A stretch of 61,820 bases of DNA, counting the filler, from Diploschistes diacapsis (Eukaryota): the NCBI GenBank assembly GCA_023645945.1. It is 11 parts of 11 records of this genome, joined end to end, with 100 filler letters (N's around TTAATTAATTAA, not from the genome) between each part and the next. Parts side by side here need not be neighbours in the genome. Positions count along the whole stretch, not along the records: positions 1 to 26,089 come from JALAIB010000190.1; 10 more parts are not named here. One strand, 5' to 3'. The stretch's first letter is position 1; each line of letters starts with the position of its first letter. The position numbers were made by a program, and so were the translations under genes. Positions 1 through 12,940 of the stretch are shown here, piece by piece. The notes beneath the pieces are model-generated. The model made no database searches. It had not been told where the DNA came from and saw nothing but the letters and a program-made list of their open reading frames with translations.

Positions 1-25
1 CACCATGTCGGTCGGGGGGTATCAA

Positions 26-2842
26 TCAAAAGGGCCTCCCATCCCCCACCCAATCACCGCCTCCCACCCCCCCGCTATCGACTCTGCTCGCCTTTTCACC
101 ACACTGGCCAAACGCCATGCCGTCACCTCCTGCATCCCCGGAGCCCAGCCCGATACCCTCCTGCCTTCCCCCAACAATAGCCAACAAGCACCTCCCAACA
201 GCCTCCAAATCGCTCAACATTCCCACATGCCCCCTCTCCGTCCTCACCCTGCCCCCTTCCACCACTTTGTATCCCCGCGGCAACATCGCAGCCCTCGCCA
301 GCACAACCCCGTCTCCGCTCGCGAACACCAGATTGTCGTACGCATCTGCGCGCTTGATGCCCTCGCGGCCCGCGACGCGCGCACCGTAGACGGTGGGCAT
401 GGAGCACGAGTAGAGCACGGCGTGCGGCGGGTAGAGGTTCTTCGATTGATGCGCTGGATTGTGTGCCAAGGCGCGTTTGAAGCCGAGGGTTTCGGCGAGG
501 GTGCGTTCCAGGTAGGCGAGGGCTTTGTCGAGGGGGATGGTGCTGCCGGATGCGGCCGGGGGAGGGGAGCCCATGTGCATGTCTAGGGTCTTGGAAGCTG
601 GATGGGCGAGTTCGTCTGCTTTGGTGGCAAGCTCGGCCACGGGCTTGGGATGGGAAATGCCATTGTTGGTGTTGACAGTGCTGGTGCTGCCGCTAAAGGA
701 TTGGATGGTGCCGGTGATGCTGTCGAGAATGCTTCGACGCTCGGTTGTGGATGCAGGAGGGAGGCAGCGGGCGATGCAGGGTGAGAAAGCATATCGTTTC
801 CAGGACTCGACATTGAAGAAGTCGACCCGATATTGCTCCTTGGTGTCTTTGTCTATGAAGCACTGTCCGCTTTCTGGGAGGAGGACGAAGCTTGTGCGGA
901 GAGTGAAGTTGACTTGAGCCGTTAGCACCTTGGAGCTGAGCAGGACTTCGTCGCCGTTGCGGAAGGGGCCAAGGATGTTGACACAATGCTGAGGCGTTCC
1001 TGCAAAGAGAACACCAGCAAAGAGCTCTGGCCTCTGGTTTACCGCATGCCGTGTTATCAGTCCACCAAGACTGTGCGCAATTACCGTCACTCCTCGCTGG
1101 GCTGGCGGCGTTCCCGGCTTGTTGCAACATAAGCCCTCCACATACTTCAAGAGCTTGCGGCTAAGAAGCTCGGGCGACAACCGCCAATCATAGCCATAAT
1201 CATGCACGCGCAAAGTACCTTCTCGATAATTTCGACAACTTCGCAGCCGCTTGAACAGTCTCCGGGAGATATCGATGGGGCCAATGTGATTGAGCATGGC
1301 AGATGGGAATATTTGCTTTTCCATGTTCTCCTCGTCCTCGGGATTCAAGCCCACCTCCAGGTCCACCTTTCTTATATTCAGACCAACCTTGATTGGAACC
1401 CAGAGCTGTCTGTGAGGAGGCTCTGCGGAGCGGAGAACAGAACCTCTGTAGCCGCCCAATAGTAGAATGTCGCCTTTAAGGTTTTCGAGTGCTTCATCGA
1501 GCAAAGGAAATCTCGAAGTAACAAACTCTTTTCTCATTGGCGATGAAGGCGCAGTCGACGTTGCAGAATTTGCTCGACTTCTTGAAGCGGAAGTATTGAA
1601 AACGGTGCTCATAGTCCTCAATATCTGGCCATCCTTTCTCGTTGCAAACTCCGGACGTAAGGCTCCAAAATTGATGCTCGGAATGGACGGTAAGGAGTCC
1701 GCGATGGTATCCTTGATTGCTTTTAACCTGCTGTTGACTTGCTCATCTACATTCTCCCACCGACCATCTTCGCCGAGTGAGGAGATTCTGGATAGGACCG
1801 AATGTGGGACAGAGTCGTGCGACGCAGATCGCGTAAGGCGAGGCGAGGTCGCGACGAAGCGCTCCCATGTCGCATGCGTTGAAGCATTTGATGTTTCTTG
1901 GGCCATATCTTTCGAACCCTCGACAACTCGAGGACTATAGTTGAGAAGGGGCGATGATATCTGACGACGATGAGCTGAAACCTGGTTACGGCTCGCTGGG
2001 GATAACTGCTGACCCTCCCTCGATCTTGATCTTGACCTCCCTCTCGAATTGGCAATTCCTGTCCAGGAGAGATTCCTTGCGAACAATGTATTCGACCTTG
2101 ATGGCCTTTTAGACGGGCTTGGGGCCCGCTTGGTTATGGTCTGCGCTGACTCTTTCTGTCCACTTCTCGGAGATATTGATGGCAGACCAAGACCGGTAGG
2201 CAAGAGTCGCTTGATGCTCAAATCGCTTAGTATACCTGCAGTCGAGGTAGCACGGGACCTGCTCTTAGGGCTTCTCCTGTCCTTGAATTTATCTTCGTCC
2301 ACAAAATGTAATGGTCGAGTCGATGTCCAAGGAGAGGGAAGGGAAATAGTCGGAAAGTTGGGGTCACGCCTCGCCGATTCTGTAGAATTAATATCTCCCT
2401 TTCCCCTTTGAAAGTCTGGTGGAATGGGCAGACTGTTTTCCAGAGTGTTTCTCAACATTTCTTTCCGGTCTTCGTCTTCGTCTTCGTCTTCTGCATCGTC
2501 AAAGAACCCCCATGAATTCGTATGGTCTAGGGCAGCAGATTTCTCTGCGGCGGGAGTTGTAGGCGACATCAGGCGAGTCTGCTCTCGCCCAATGCTGACT
2601 CCGACGACCGATTGCGCAACCTCGGTGCCCATGTCGTCGGTTTCTTCGTCCAGGTCGCCAATCCTTGACTCATATCGTTCATCCATGTCGTTTCTCGGGA
2701 TGCGAATGGGCTCCAAGCCCGTCGTATTGGCGCGTGAGCGACTTGGTGTCTTTGCTTTGCCACTCGCCATTGAAGAGGTTTCGGCATCTCCGCTCGATAC
2801 GTTGGGCTGGCTCATATGCCCAACGCTCATCTGACTGGCCAT
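26..2842 (-). CDS. Alpha/beta-hydrolase (lipase/LCAT/PGAP1-like, resembles yeast YJR098C family) with long disordered N-terminus
   Basis: 938-aa intronless ORF. Contains GGYRGS.L..WVP, YGYDWRL, nucleophile elbow AHSLGG, LFAGTP, C-terminal SGDGVV and H (RGHVGML). Family assignment is from motif recall. Confidence 0.8.
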   Translation of the reverse strand: MASQMSVGHMSQPNVSSGDAETSSMASGKAKTPSRSRANTTGLEPIRIPRNDMDERYESRIGDLDEETDDMGTEVAQSVVGVSIGREQTRLMSPTTPAAEKSAALDHTNSWGFFDDAEDEDEDEDRKEMLRNTLENSLPIPPDFQRGKGDINSTESARRDPNFPTISLPSPWTSTRPLHFVDEDKFKDRRSPKSRSRATSTAGILSDLSIKRLLPTGLGLPSISPRSGQKESAQTITKRAPSPSKRPSRSNTLFARNLSWTGIANSRGRSRSRSREGQQLSPASRNQVSAHRRQISSPLLNYSPRVVEGSKDMAQETSNASTHATWERFVATSPRLTRSASHDSVPHSVLSRISSLGEDGRWENVDEQVNSRLKAIKDTIADSLPSIPSINFGALRPEFATRKDGQILRTMSTVFNTSASRSRANSATSTAPSSPMRKEFVTSRFPLLDEALENLKGDILLLGGYRGSVLRSAEPPHRQLWVPIKVGLNIRKVDLEVGLNPEDEENMEKQIFPSAMLNHIGPIDISRRLFKRLRSCRNYREGTLRVHDYGYDWRLSPELLSRKLLKYVEGLCCNKPGTPPAQRGVTVIAHSLGGLITRHAVNQRPELFAGVLFAGTPQHCVNILGPFRNGDEVLLSSKVLTAQVNFTLRTSFVLLPESGQCFIDKDTKEQYRVDFFNVESWKRYAFSPCIARCLPPASTTERRSILDSITGTIQSFSGSTSTVNTNNGISHPKPVAELATKADELAHPASKTLDMHMGSPPPAASGSTIPLDKALAYLERTLAETLGFKRALAHNPAHQSKNLYPPHAVLYSCSMPTVYGARVAGREGIKRADAYDNLVFASGDGVVLARAAMLPRGYKVVEGGRVRTERGHVGMLSDLEAVGRCLLAIVGGRQEGIGLGSGDAGGDGMAFGQCGEKASRVDSGGVGGGDWVGDGRPF

Positions 2843-3891
2843 ATTCGCGGTGCGACCTGATTTGAGGAATACTGTGCAATGCAGAGAACTGGCCTACGAA
2901 ATACTACACTTCGTTCAACCAAGTGCCCGCGCGGCAGCATCAGCTTGCGCTCCTTCCCCCGATCTATTTGACCTCGTAATTGGACAAGCCTTTGAGCCGA
3001 CGATAGCTAGAGAGCATGATAGATTACATATGTCGAAATGAAAGTCGTCTCCCCGAGCATCATAAACTAGGAAATGAATTTGAAATAGATGCAGGCTGGT
3101 CGCATAAGAGACATCACTCAGCCTAGCAGGTGCGTCTTTTTGTGCTCCTTTAAGTGCTCAGCCGCAATCCATTGCGACTCTCACAAGCCAATAATGGCAG
3201 AATTTGAACGCTGCGCAATGGAGAAGCTATGCAACACACACGTGTAGATGGTTCAACAGGCTGGGGGCGCACGAGGTTTAAGCCTCATAAACGGTAATAT
3301 TTTTAGAATCCTTGCCTGGCACTCAAATCAGTTCCTGGGTAATAATGACGAGCAGGCGGTGCAACAAATGAAGACACGTTGAGTAGTCCGAAAGAGCCGC
3401 TACGGGTAGTGCTGATTAGATTTACAACCAACAATCTTTAAGCCGCAAACCTTCTCAAGCGCCTGTTCAAGCATCCTATCCTTTTTCAGGGTTAGCGGGT
3501 TGTATGTAAAGCTAGAATTCAGGCTTGGTGCTTTCGCACGATACAAAAGTGCGAGACGCCGCTGCAGCTTCCTACCGGATCACCGCTAGTTTCTAGAAGA
3601 CTCCTGAGGCTATCTAGGGCCTTCGTTATCTGCTTAGATTGCTCAGCAGTATCTAGCTAAATTGACTTGAACCTCCCCCAGATACGCCTTTGATTTCGTC
3701 ACCATCGTTCTACTCTGAGCGTATCCTATCAGAAGGGTTTGTGTAAAGGGAAAAGCTTGGAGAAAGGGGGTATAAAGATGCTCCAATATCAACAGAATGT
3801 AGGTGCACAGTGTCTCTCAAAAAAAAAAACCTTCGAGCCGAAGTGAACAACGCCTCGTGTTGATAGTTGTGCTGCTCGAGGTTTCAGCTTG

Positions 3892-6166
3892 TCAACGAAA
3901 GCGAGCGTTCTTTTGGCTAAACGGAGAGCCTGATGTAACATAGCGTCTTGGGTCTCGTACTCTCCCTCCGCGAACGGTTGGGGTTTGCCCGGTACAGAAT
4001 AGACAAAGGTAAATTTTCGGAAGACGCTGGGAGTTCAGGCCGGTGCAAGGGACGTGAAGCCACTTCTTGCAGGATTCACTAGAAGCTGTTAGCACCTTTC
4101 ACACAGATGCAACCGCGTTAATTCAGTCGTACCATTGTATCATTTGTCCTTCATCATTGATGGAATGGCACAGACACCGGATACTGTCCGATGCACTACT
4201 GTGGCCACTGCTGGGCGTGGGGAGATCAGGATCTGTAACTGTTGTAGGAGAGGACAGTGCTGGATCGTTACCAAATACTGCAGTAGAGATTCCAAGGGGC
4301 GAGTATAGATGGTGCCTTGGTTGAGGGGCACTTGCTTTGCGTTTGCCTTGCATCACCTTACGTAGCTGATTCTGTGCATTATCATCATCCATGTCCGAAT
4401 CCAGCACCGTCTCTGCCTCACTTTCCGGATCCTCTGGTATTCTGCGTCTTCCCTGCCGAGACTTCAAAGAGTGGAGACCGCTCTTGCGGGAACTGGATAT
4501 TGGACGTTGCTTGATGTCCGGTAGGGATGGCTGGCCATCCTGACGGCTTGCCGACGAGTAGAAAGAGGTATACGATGACTTCTGCGAATGTGAAGCTGAA
4601 CTGCTGAAGCGGCCTAGCTTCGGGCCAGGGAGTTGGGGTGCAAAACTGGTTACTATTTCATCGTCTGACCGGCCAGACGAACTTTCGCTTCCAGTTTCGC
4701 TACTAGCTGTAGTACTATCAACGTCCATCGCATCTTCAGGCACCTCCTTCCCTGATTGATTCACTACTCGTGCTTCGGCTCTGGCCCTTCCATTTTCGTC
4801 AATGGTTAAGGCAATGGACGTTCGATGCTTAGGCTTCCGACTGGACCTTCGACTTTCGTGGATTCTTTTGAGTGGCGACGACCTGCCATGTGCAGAAGAC
4901 GTCCTAGAGCTACCCGATTCGTGTCCATAGCGAGAGACAGCACTGTCAGTGATGCTACGACGTACGGCAGGTCGTCGGTCACTGTCCTCTCGCAGCGTCT
5001 CCAACGCAGCTCTGACGGCTGGAGAGTCCACACTGGGCTTTCTCCTTCTCTTCGGTTTTGAAATGCCACTGTATGCCTTTTCACGCCTTGCCTCTTGGAC
5101 CTGGTAGGCATAGGGCTGAAGAGACTCTTCCTTTACGGACTGCCCAAGTGGAAGAGAGCCATGAATTGCGTCAGATAGTTTACCCGGCGAGCTGAACAGC
5201 AAGCTTGGGTCTACTCCATGCATTGCCCTGGTAGAGTCATGGAAGTTCCCAGTCTGCGTAATTGCTTGGTTGGCATGTGCTTGAGAAAAAGAGGCGATAG
5301 GAGTGTCGTCATTTCCAAAATCGAGGAACGAGTCGCTCATGGTAGTGTGCGAATTCGATATCGAAGGGTGATTAGACACGAACGGATCCAAACCTCCCTG
5401 CCTGTGAGTGCCAAAGGGATTACCGAGGTCTGCGAAGTCAAGGTTCAATCCACTCGTACTTGCGTCTGGTTCCCAAAATACCCCCTGCTGAGGATGAGCA
5501 GGAGCGGTAGCAGGAGGCGCGAAACCAGGACCAAAAACATTTGGAGAAAAGTCAAAGCTGGTATATTGGTCGGGCGACCTTTGAACACCTATCGTCCTAT
5601 TTGCTTCATTGGTGGTCTTCGGTAGGAGAGGTGCTGATCTCCTTCTAGTTTCCGAACCGCTTTCTTGCTCTTCATTATGGTGTATTTGAACCTTCTTTCC
5701 CTGCTTTTTCGAAGCAGAGGTTGTAGTGGGTGGAGGTGTCTGTATGTTGCTTGCTGAACGGAAGCTCGAGGTACTTTCGACAGGGTTGTCAGGCTGGACA
5801 GCGGCTGCACCATTGTGTTCAGATTCAGTCTGCGGTACCAAGCTCAGATCAGCATGGTTGTCGACTTGCAGTAACGAAAAGTCGGGGGTGGAAAGGATGT
5901 GTTGTGCATTGGCGAAGAATTCGGCCTCAAGATTTCGACCGAAAGTGGCAGGACTAGGAGCAAGACCACCCTTAGAGGCTGGTGTCCCAAAGGACAGTTG
6001 ACGGGGTGTCTTCAAGAAGGTTGGACTGGTAGCACTTGGGTCTGCCGTGTTCCAAGTGACTCGAGGGTCATAGAAACTCGATTCGAATTTGGGTGTTTTG
6101 AAGACATCGCCAAAGGAAGGAGAGGTTGGAGTCCTCGTGGGAGTAGGGGGTTGCCGCTGGTCGAAG
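3892..6166 (-). CDS. PHD-finger protein with Ser/Pro-rich N-terminus; 5' exon(s) not resolved
   Basis: Splicing out intron 4079-4132 (GTACGA...GCTAAC...CTAG) joins IRCLCH...MIQ-C-ESCKKWLHVPC...YLCLFC, a C4HC3 PHD finger. The frame stays open upstream to an AG acceptor near 6167 (FDQRQPPTPTRTPTS). Confidence 0.8.
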
Positions 6167-8235
6167 CTATTTCAGATGAGGAATTTTCAGTAAATCATTC
6201 TCATGGACTACGTCCCTGGGAAGCTGCTATCGCACAGTAGGCGAAGGTTACCATACCTTAGAGCCGGTTGTTCCCAACTCATAGCAACCTGATTTTGACC
6301 GGATAACGACGAGCGACTTCGGTTTTCAGCCACTTTTATCGCTATCCCTGAAGCGCCCTGCGAGGTCTTTCAGCCGCGGCTTGCTAACCTCACGATGCTC
6401 AGAGGCGCTCTAAGCCGATCAGCATCGATGTGGAGCAGAGCGCTCCGGCATTGCTTTTACCCAAGTTTTATTCGGTGATCTGAGCAAGCAGCTTTGAGAC
6501 TTCCCCTAAGATGGACAGCTGGTAGACAAATATCGTCGTCAAAGGAAGGTGGAAAGGGGAGGTCATAGATACTACGCGGGTCTTTCCTTACTTCTTTCTC
6601 AGCAAGATTCCGTCGACGGTTGCACCACCAACCGCTTATCCAATAGAAGGGACTTACTTCAGTGCATTAGTCTAGGCTGCAGGAGCGCTAAAATCTTGTC
6701 CAGGTCGAGTCGTCTTGACAAGGGAAGGGAGGGGGGAAACGTGCCAGATGCATACAAAAGTGATCTGTGTCCAAATAGATCTGGGAGCTTAGATATTTCT
6801 ATGATCGAGGGAAATGTGCAAAGGAGGAGATTGAAAGCAAGAAGAGGGTTGCCACGGTGGAGCAAACGTTTGGCCAACCTTTTTCACTCAGCAACAACGA
6901 TGGTTTCTCAAGAAGCGGTTCTTAAACGAAGGCTGGCTCAAGCAGCTGGCAATTTGCTTCAACTACGGCATCCTCTTAATTCATTACTGTTCCGTAACCT
7001 TGGACTTCGGACTAAAAAATTGTGTAGCCGCGCCACTTGGAAATAAGGAGTTAATCGATCTACTTTTGGGGCTGGGAAAGCTCTATTTCTACCTTTACCT
7101 TCATAATAGTTTCGCAGCAAATCAGCAGACGTATGTTGATGGTGGTAAGGTATAGCGCATTCTTGCTCGTAGCAGAAACTTAGTGGTCGTATCTGCATAG
7201 GGATGGTATTGCTGGTGCGCTACTGCTTGAGTATTGAGCATACTATTACCACATTTTCACCTCCACCGATCATCCATGACTGGCTTTGTTCCCATTCGGA
7301 TAATACAAGATCCACAAGAACCATTCAGATAGTGGGGGAAATCACCGTCATGACAGGGTGATCCAAGTTCTAGATTAGGTAGTATAAGTAGCAAATGACA
7401 AGGCAAACGTAGACGCAAACGTAGACGAAGAGATAACTCCTTATTTACATCGTTATCTTAGTTATTTATGGTAATAAACAAAGCTGCGATGCTCGAAGCT
7501 AAATCTTCTCGACTTCTAATAGTAGTCGGTCATTTTTGATTAAGGAATAAAGTCCTCCTACTCTAGCGGTAGCGGTGCTCAACATGTTAAGATGAAAGCA
7601 TTCTGCAATAGAGCACAGGACTAATCAAACTGAGATGTGCAGCAGTCCGGAGAGTCCACAGTACTGGGCCAGAAGTAGTTAGGTCCTTCCCATTTCTTAC
7701 TAAAAAAAAGTCACTGTTTTAGCCCTTATATCTCTGCGAAACATTTTTATAAATTATAAAAAAAATCCAGCAGCTTCTTGAAGCCTTAAGTTATGCATTC
7801 TCATTTTCTCGATTTTTTAGAATTTTCATGGAGGCCGTAAGACGTTAACGAAAAAGCGAGGGTACAGTTACCGCACCGTAGCCGCGATTTTTAACGGGAA
7901 AATGTCAGTGTTTACTAAACCTTCAAGAAATTTCAAGAAAATTCGAACAAAAGTCTCGTGTATACGTGTATACGTAATACTTTTAAAGTTCTTTATCACG
8001 TTTTATATTTTCGATTTGGCACATTTCAAGGGAGAGACTTAACTGCTTTTGGTACCTCCCATATAAGGGATTGACCAAGCATCAGTAGCCTCGGTATATT
8101 ATTGGCCAGCTCCCTTCGTGCCGGATCTGACTCCGGCGTCTATAGCCCTATAAGGCAAGAAAAGGTATGGCCTTCACCGACAAATTTGGCTGAGCCTTGC
8201 CCGCTTTACAACAAACCCATTGTCGCCAGCCAACG

Positions 8236-10731
8236 ATGGCACCCGATTACGGCCCTGATGATTTTGTTTTGACGATTTCCGATGACGAAATGATACCCCT
8301 GTTTGAAGAGGAAGGAGATGGTGCATCCATTGAGTGGACCGACAATTCTCTAAAGCGCAAGCGAGCTGCGGCAACAGTAACTGGGGAAGCCCCAGAGGGT
8401 GCACAGAAGAAAAAAAGGCAGAGGAAGGGCCGGAACGGTAAGATTGATGGCAATGGTGCCGCACCGAGCAGTCGTGAAGAAGGTCGCGACGCGCAGGTTC
8501 AAGGGCATAACGATGGAGCCATGAACTCTGATTTCGAATTCCAAATCGGGGATATTGATGACAACGATTTGAAAGGCTTCGATAGCTGGGGTATCGCAAA
8601 GCCTGTCAATGGCACCGAAAAGACGGGCAACAAAAAAGGGGTAGACATTGATGACCTTATAGCGCGGAGAAGAAAACGAAAACCTCATCCAGCGGAGGAT
8701 ACAGAAGAGTCGAACATGTGGGACGGACTATCTGCGAGTGAAGAGGGGTTCGAGAGAGAGACCGGAAACGAGGACTCTAAGGAAGAAGATAAAGATGTCG
8801 AGGCAAAAGAAAGTACAGAAACAGAGAGCCAAGTTGAAGAAGAGGACGAATTGCTGGAACCAGACGCTTTTGGAATGGGAGTAATAGGCGAAGATGAAGA
8901 GAGTGGAATCGCTCATAAGGCGGTCGATCCAGATGAGCTTGATGATACATCGAGTTCTGAGGATCAGCCAATGGCTTCGGTAGTACCACATCCTTTTGAT
9001 AAGGCCTCGGACGTGGACGAGAATGAGGAGCAGGACGAGGAAGAGAAAGCCCGGCAAGAAGCATTCTTCGCACCAGAATCCCAGGACGACAAAGCAAAGC
9101 TAGAGGATCAGCAGGGCTCAGGGTCATTTCATACAATGTCGCTGTCGCGGCCAATTCTACGTGGTCTGGCTGCTGTTGGCTTTACTAAGCCTACACCCAT
9201 TCAGGCAAAGACTGTACCGGTTGCACTCCTTGGGAAAGACATTGTAGGTGGCGCTGTAACAGGCTCGGGAAAGACTGCCGCCTTTTTAATACCAATACTA
9301 GAACGATTACTTTACAGACCCAAAAAAGTACCAACAAGCCGAGTCGCGATCCTGATGCCCACACGCGAACTCGCAGTGCAATGCTACAACGTCGCTAAGA
9401 AACTAGCCAGCTTTACAGATATCACATTCTGTCAGCTGGTCGGTGGTTTCAGCCTGCGTGAGCAGGAAAGTATCCTCAAGAAGCGGCCAGACGTGATCAT
9501 AGCTACGCCTGGGCGTTTCATCGACCACATGCGCAACTCTGCCAGCTTCACCGTGGACACCCTCGAGATCCTTGTGCTGGATGAAGCAGACCGCATGCTT
9601 GAAGATGGTTTCGCTGATGAACTCAACGAGATCCTCACAACCATTCCCAAGTCTCGCCAGACCATGCTCTTTTCTGCAACAATGACTTCGAGCGTTGACA
9701 AACTGATCCGTGTTGGCCTAAACAGGCCGGTGCGGCTCCTGGTCGACCCAAAACGACAGACTGTTGGCACTTTGACCCAAGAGTTCCTCCGGCTGCGTCC
9801 CGGCCGCGAGCAAAAGCGCCTTGCCTACCTTTTGCACTTGTGCACAGAGGTCTTCACCGATCGCTGCATCATTTTCTTCCGCCAGAAGAAAGAGGCGCAT
9901 AGAATGCGCATTATCTTCGGTCTCTTCGGCTTCAAGGCAGCCGAGCTGCATGGCAACATGTCACAGGAGCAACGTATTGCATCCGTGGAGGCCTTTCGAG
10001 CGGGTACCGCTACCCACCTTCTGGCCACTGATGTTGCCTCTCGTGGTTTGGATATCAAGGGCGTTGAAACGGTCCTGAACTACGAGGCACCTCAATCGCT
10101 GGAGATCTACCTTCATCGTGTCGGCCGAACAGCACGTGCGGGGAGGGTAGGTCGCGCTTGCACCATCGCTGCCGAACCGGATAGGAAGGTTGTCAAAGCA
10201 GCCGTCAAAACGGGCAGAGCACAGGGCGCAAAAATCGTCAGCCGTATCGTAGACTCTGCCCTCGCTGACATGTGGCACTCGAAACTCAAGGCCATCGACT
10301 CAGAAGTCGAAGAGATCCTTAAGGAGGAAAAGGAAGAAAAGGCTCTGTCTCAGGCAGACATGCAAGTCAAGAAGGGGGAGAATATCATGGAGCACGAGGA
10401 TGAAATCATGTCCAGGCCAAAGAGGACGTGGTTCGAAAGCGAGAAAGAGAAGATGAAGGCGAGGAAGGCGGGAAGGGAGGAGTTGAATGGGCCAAGTGCG
10501 AACAAGAAGAAGAAGGTGGGGAAGCTGAGCGCGAAGGACAAGAAGAGGCTGGATGACGGGAGAGAGAGGAGGGAGGGGCGGATGTGGAAGAAGGGGAAAG
10601 GGGAGAGAGAGATGCCGGGGTCGAAGGCAGGCAGTAGAGGACCAGCGCCCGGTAAGGAGAGGAAGAAGGGGAAACCGAATGCAAAGCCGAACGGAAAGGT
10701 CAACAGTAAAACGAAGACCAAAGGCAGGTAG
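8236..10731 (+). CDS. DRS1: ATP-dependent DEAD-box RNA helicase Drs1 (60S biogenesis)
   Basis: Q motif [44 protein letters not shown]. Drs1-type acidic N-terminus ([10 protein letters not shown]) and C-terminal [11 protein letters not shown] at 8236. Confidence 0.95.
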   Translation: MAPDYGPDDFVLTISDDEMIPLFEEEGDGASIEWTDNSLKRKRAAATVTGEAPEGAQKKKRQRKGRNGKIDGNGAAPSSREEGRDAQVQGHNDGAMNSDFEFQIGDIDDNDLKGFDSWGIAKPVNGTEKTGNKKGVDIDDLIARRRKRKPHPAEDTEESNMWDGLSASEEGFERETGNEDSKEEDKDVEAKESTETESQVEEEDELLEPDAFGMGVIGEDEESGIAHKAVDPDELDDTSSSEDQPMASVVPHPFDKASDVDENEEQDEEEKARQEAFFAPESQDDKAKLEDQQGSGSFHTMSLSRPILRGLAAVGFTKPTPIQAKTVPVALLGKDIVGGAVTGSGKTAAFLIPILERLLYRPKKVPTSRVAILMPTRELAVQCYNVAKKLASFTDITFCQLVGGFSLREQESILKKRPDVIIATPGRFIDHMRNSASFTVDTLEILVLDEADRMLEDGFADELNEILTTIPKSRQTMLFSATMTSSVDKLIRVGLNRPVRLLVDPKRQTVGTLTQEFLRLRPGREQKRLAYLLHLCTEVFTDRCIIFFRQKKEAHRMRIIFGLFGFKAAELHGNMSQEQRIASVEAFRAGTATHLLATDVASRGLDIKGVETVLNYEAPQSLEIYLHRVGRTARAGRVGRACTIAAEPDRKVVKAAVKTGRAQGAKIVSRIVDSALADMWHSKLKAIDSEVEEILKEEKEEKALSQADMQVKKGENIMEHEDEIMSRPKRTWFESEKEKMKARKAGREELNGPSANKKKKVGKLSAKDKKRLDDGRERREGRMWKKGKGEREMPGSKAGSRGPAPGKERKKGKPNAKPNGKVNSKTKTKGR

Positions 10732-10890
10732 TTCTTTAATGCATTCAATTTTTCGTGATAAGTGTGCAAGCATGCACTGTCGAGCTTCAAAACCGCCGGA
10801 TCACCACGGCCTCGATAACAACAAGTCATCCTCTAGCCTCGAGGCCCATCTCCACATGCGAATCCCTTCATACTGTCCCCACGAGTTATT

Positions 10891-11246
10891 TCAAAAGTTC
10901 TTGTTAACCTCCGAATCAACCTCTTTATTAATCGTGTTGTCGAAACTCTGCGGCACGCCTTCGGAGGTGGCGAACTTGTCCACCTCTGCCAGCCACCGCA
11001 TCAGCATTCAATCTCACCGTAAAATACCACCAACTCACCGCTATTAACCTCCTGGTCCATAGCCCCCTGCTTCAGGTTTCCCATGAAGCCACCACCACCA
11101 CCTCCTCCTCCTGCCCCACCGCCCTGGTTGCCGCCGCCTTGCTGCTGGTCCATGCCGCCGCCCATACCGCCGCCCATACCGCCGCCGCTGCTGTTGCTGT
11201 CGTTGTTGCCCATCATGCCTTTGGCTTTGTCCATTAGGTTATCCAT
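10891..11246 (-). CDS. Small Gly/Asn/Gln-rich hydrophilic protein (~100 aa, 2 exons)
   Basis: Exon 1 MDNLMDKAKGMMG...GGG...QEVNS. Intron 10986-11038 (GTGAGT...GCTGAT...CAG). Exon 2 EVDKFATSEGVPQSFDNTINKEVDSEVNKNF*. Frame is preserved across the splice. Confidence 0.75.
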
Positions 11247-11836
11247 TGTGGGTTTTGGAAAGTTGCGTTTGGGTGACGTTCAAGGTGGGTGGGTATTAAA
11301 GGATTGAGTGAGGGTTGAGATAATTTATGGGTTTTGAGGGTTAAGTGAAGAAAATTGAAAGAAGGGGGGGGGGGCTATATATTTGAATTACGGCACCCAG
11401 TTGCGGAAACCTTGTAACGATGTGAATATCTGGCAGTCCTTCTGCCTTGTTAAAGCGGTTCCGCTGCCTGGTTCTACAAAGTACGTACATTGTGCTGCAG
11501 GACATAACGTTTGGAGGTGAGTGTGGAACAGATGGTGGGGTATAGCTAAGCTGTGAGAGGGGCAAGATCTTTGTCCTACAGAAAACCGGTATGTATTGTG
11601 AGAGGTTGAGGAACTACGCTAACTCTTGGACCTAGCTGCCTTCACCTGCCGATCGCCATTGCCTGCCTCAGTGATCGTCAGGAAAAGAGGAAACTTAAAG
11701 GGCGGCGAAGCTACTCTCCTCCTCTTGCTAGAATTTCAAGGCTTCTTCACTTCACAGTGCAGCAAGGAAAAGCCATCACCTACTCATCACAAAATCTACC
11801 AAGAACCCAACTAGTCACCGATTATCGACACACCAC

Positions 11837-12247
11837 ATGTACCTTCCAACATTCCACCTCACCCTCCCCCTCTTCCTCTCCATTCTCCTCGCAACAGTCA
11901 CCGCACAAGTCTTCTCCACCAACCCCACCATCACCCCATCCGCCATCACAGGTGCAACGACCCTGGGCTTCCTATCCAGTTTGGAGGCAGAGACCAGCTC
12001 GCTGGCACAGTCTTCCTCAATGTCCACGGGGTCTATGACGGGAACAATTGGGTCTATGACCATATCTAGCTCGAATGCAATGACGTCCTCTTCGCCCGGT
12101 TCTCTGGGCACGAACCCTGCGGCGAACAGCGGCGGGCCGCAGACGGCGAACACGCAGGGGGCTACGCCTACGGCAGCGGCGGGGAGGAAGGAGATGGCGA
12201 TTGCGGGGGTGCTGGGGGCTGTGGGGTTTGCGGTCGGGGTTATGTGA
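11837..12247 (+). CDS. Small secreted Ser/Thr-rich, probably GPI-anchored, cell-surface protein
   Basis: N-terminal hydrophobic signal (LTLPLFLSILLATVTA-Q), S/T-rich body, small residues AAAG followed by hydrophobic tail MAIAGVLGAVGFAVGVM. Confidence 0.75.
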   Translation: MYLPTFHLTLPLFLSILLATVTAQVFSTNPTITPSAITGATTLGFLSSLEAETSSLAQSSSMSTGSMTGTIGSMTISSSNAMTSSSPGSLGTNPAANSGGPQTANTQGATPTAAAGRKEMAIAGVLGAVGFAVGVM

Positions 12248-12940
12248 GAAGGGGATGGGAGACTGGTGCACATACGAATGATTGGAAAGTCACGGAGGCT
12301 TTGGCGATAGTGCTATTATCAGAGCCTGGGAGAGAGCTGGAGGACGAGGACGAGATATGGAAATTGTATGCCTATGGATCGGTCGAACGGTAGCTCATTT
12401 AGCTTGGACATATTTTGGCGACCTGAACGATGACGATATTCCATTGCTTGGAGTGTCTCGTGCTCTCTAGTACCAATGGGGAACGGCTAGGCACTGGGTA
12501 CATAGTGATACTTGTATGTTATTAATGCTTATATACTAACAAGTTGGATACTGCTGGGGATTGTATTTTAATCTGCCACTACACACTACTGTAATAAAAC
12601 AGCTGTCCATTTTTTTCTGAACCTGCACGTGCGACCTTGCATGAATGAACACGCCATATCGAGCTTCTAATTTTTGCAATGAACGATACACAAAGCTCCC
12701 CGAAAGATGCATTTCTCCCCCGCACTGCAACCCACACGATTGAGGCGGAAACAACGAGATGAATCTGATCGTCTGATTTACAGGTGGGTGCACAGATGAT
12801 GCGAACAACTTTGCTAATTCGTTGACGGGCCCGCGCGTTGCTCGTAGCTTGTGGTTCGTATAAGCACTTGGGCGAGAGTCAGATCCCAATCTAGCCTTTT
12901 CAATGCCTTTGGGACTCTGTGGTTCTGCGCCGTTTCTTTC

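Noticed and set aside
6549..7198. ORFs of 165, 72 and 79 aa between the PHD gene and DRS1
   Set aside because: No recognisable motifs or coding-like composition; probably upstream or intergenic sequence.
7403..7427. Short tandem duplications: GCAAACGTAGAC x2 here, GAGATT repeats at ~23123-23144, GTGAGACTGCGTTTCA x2 at 29863-29894
   Set aside because: Ordinary slippage-type duplications with no further structure.
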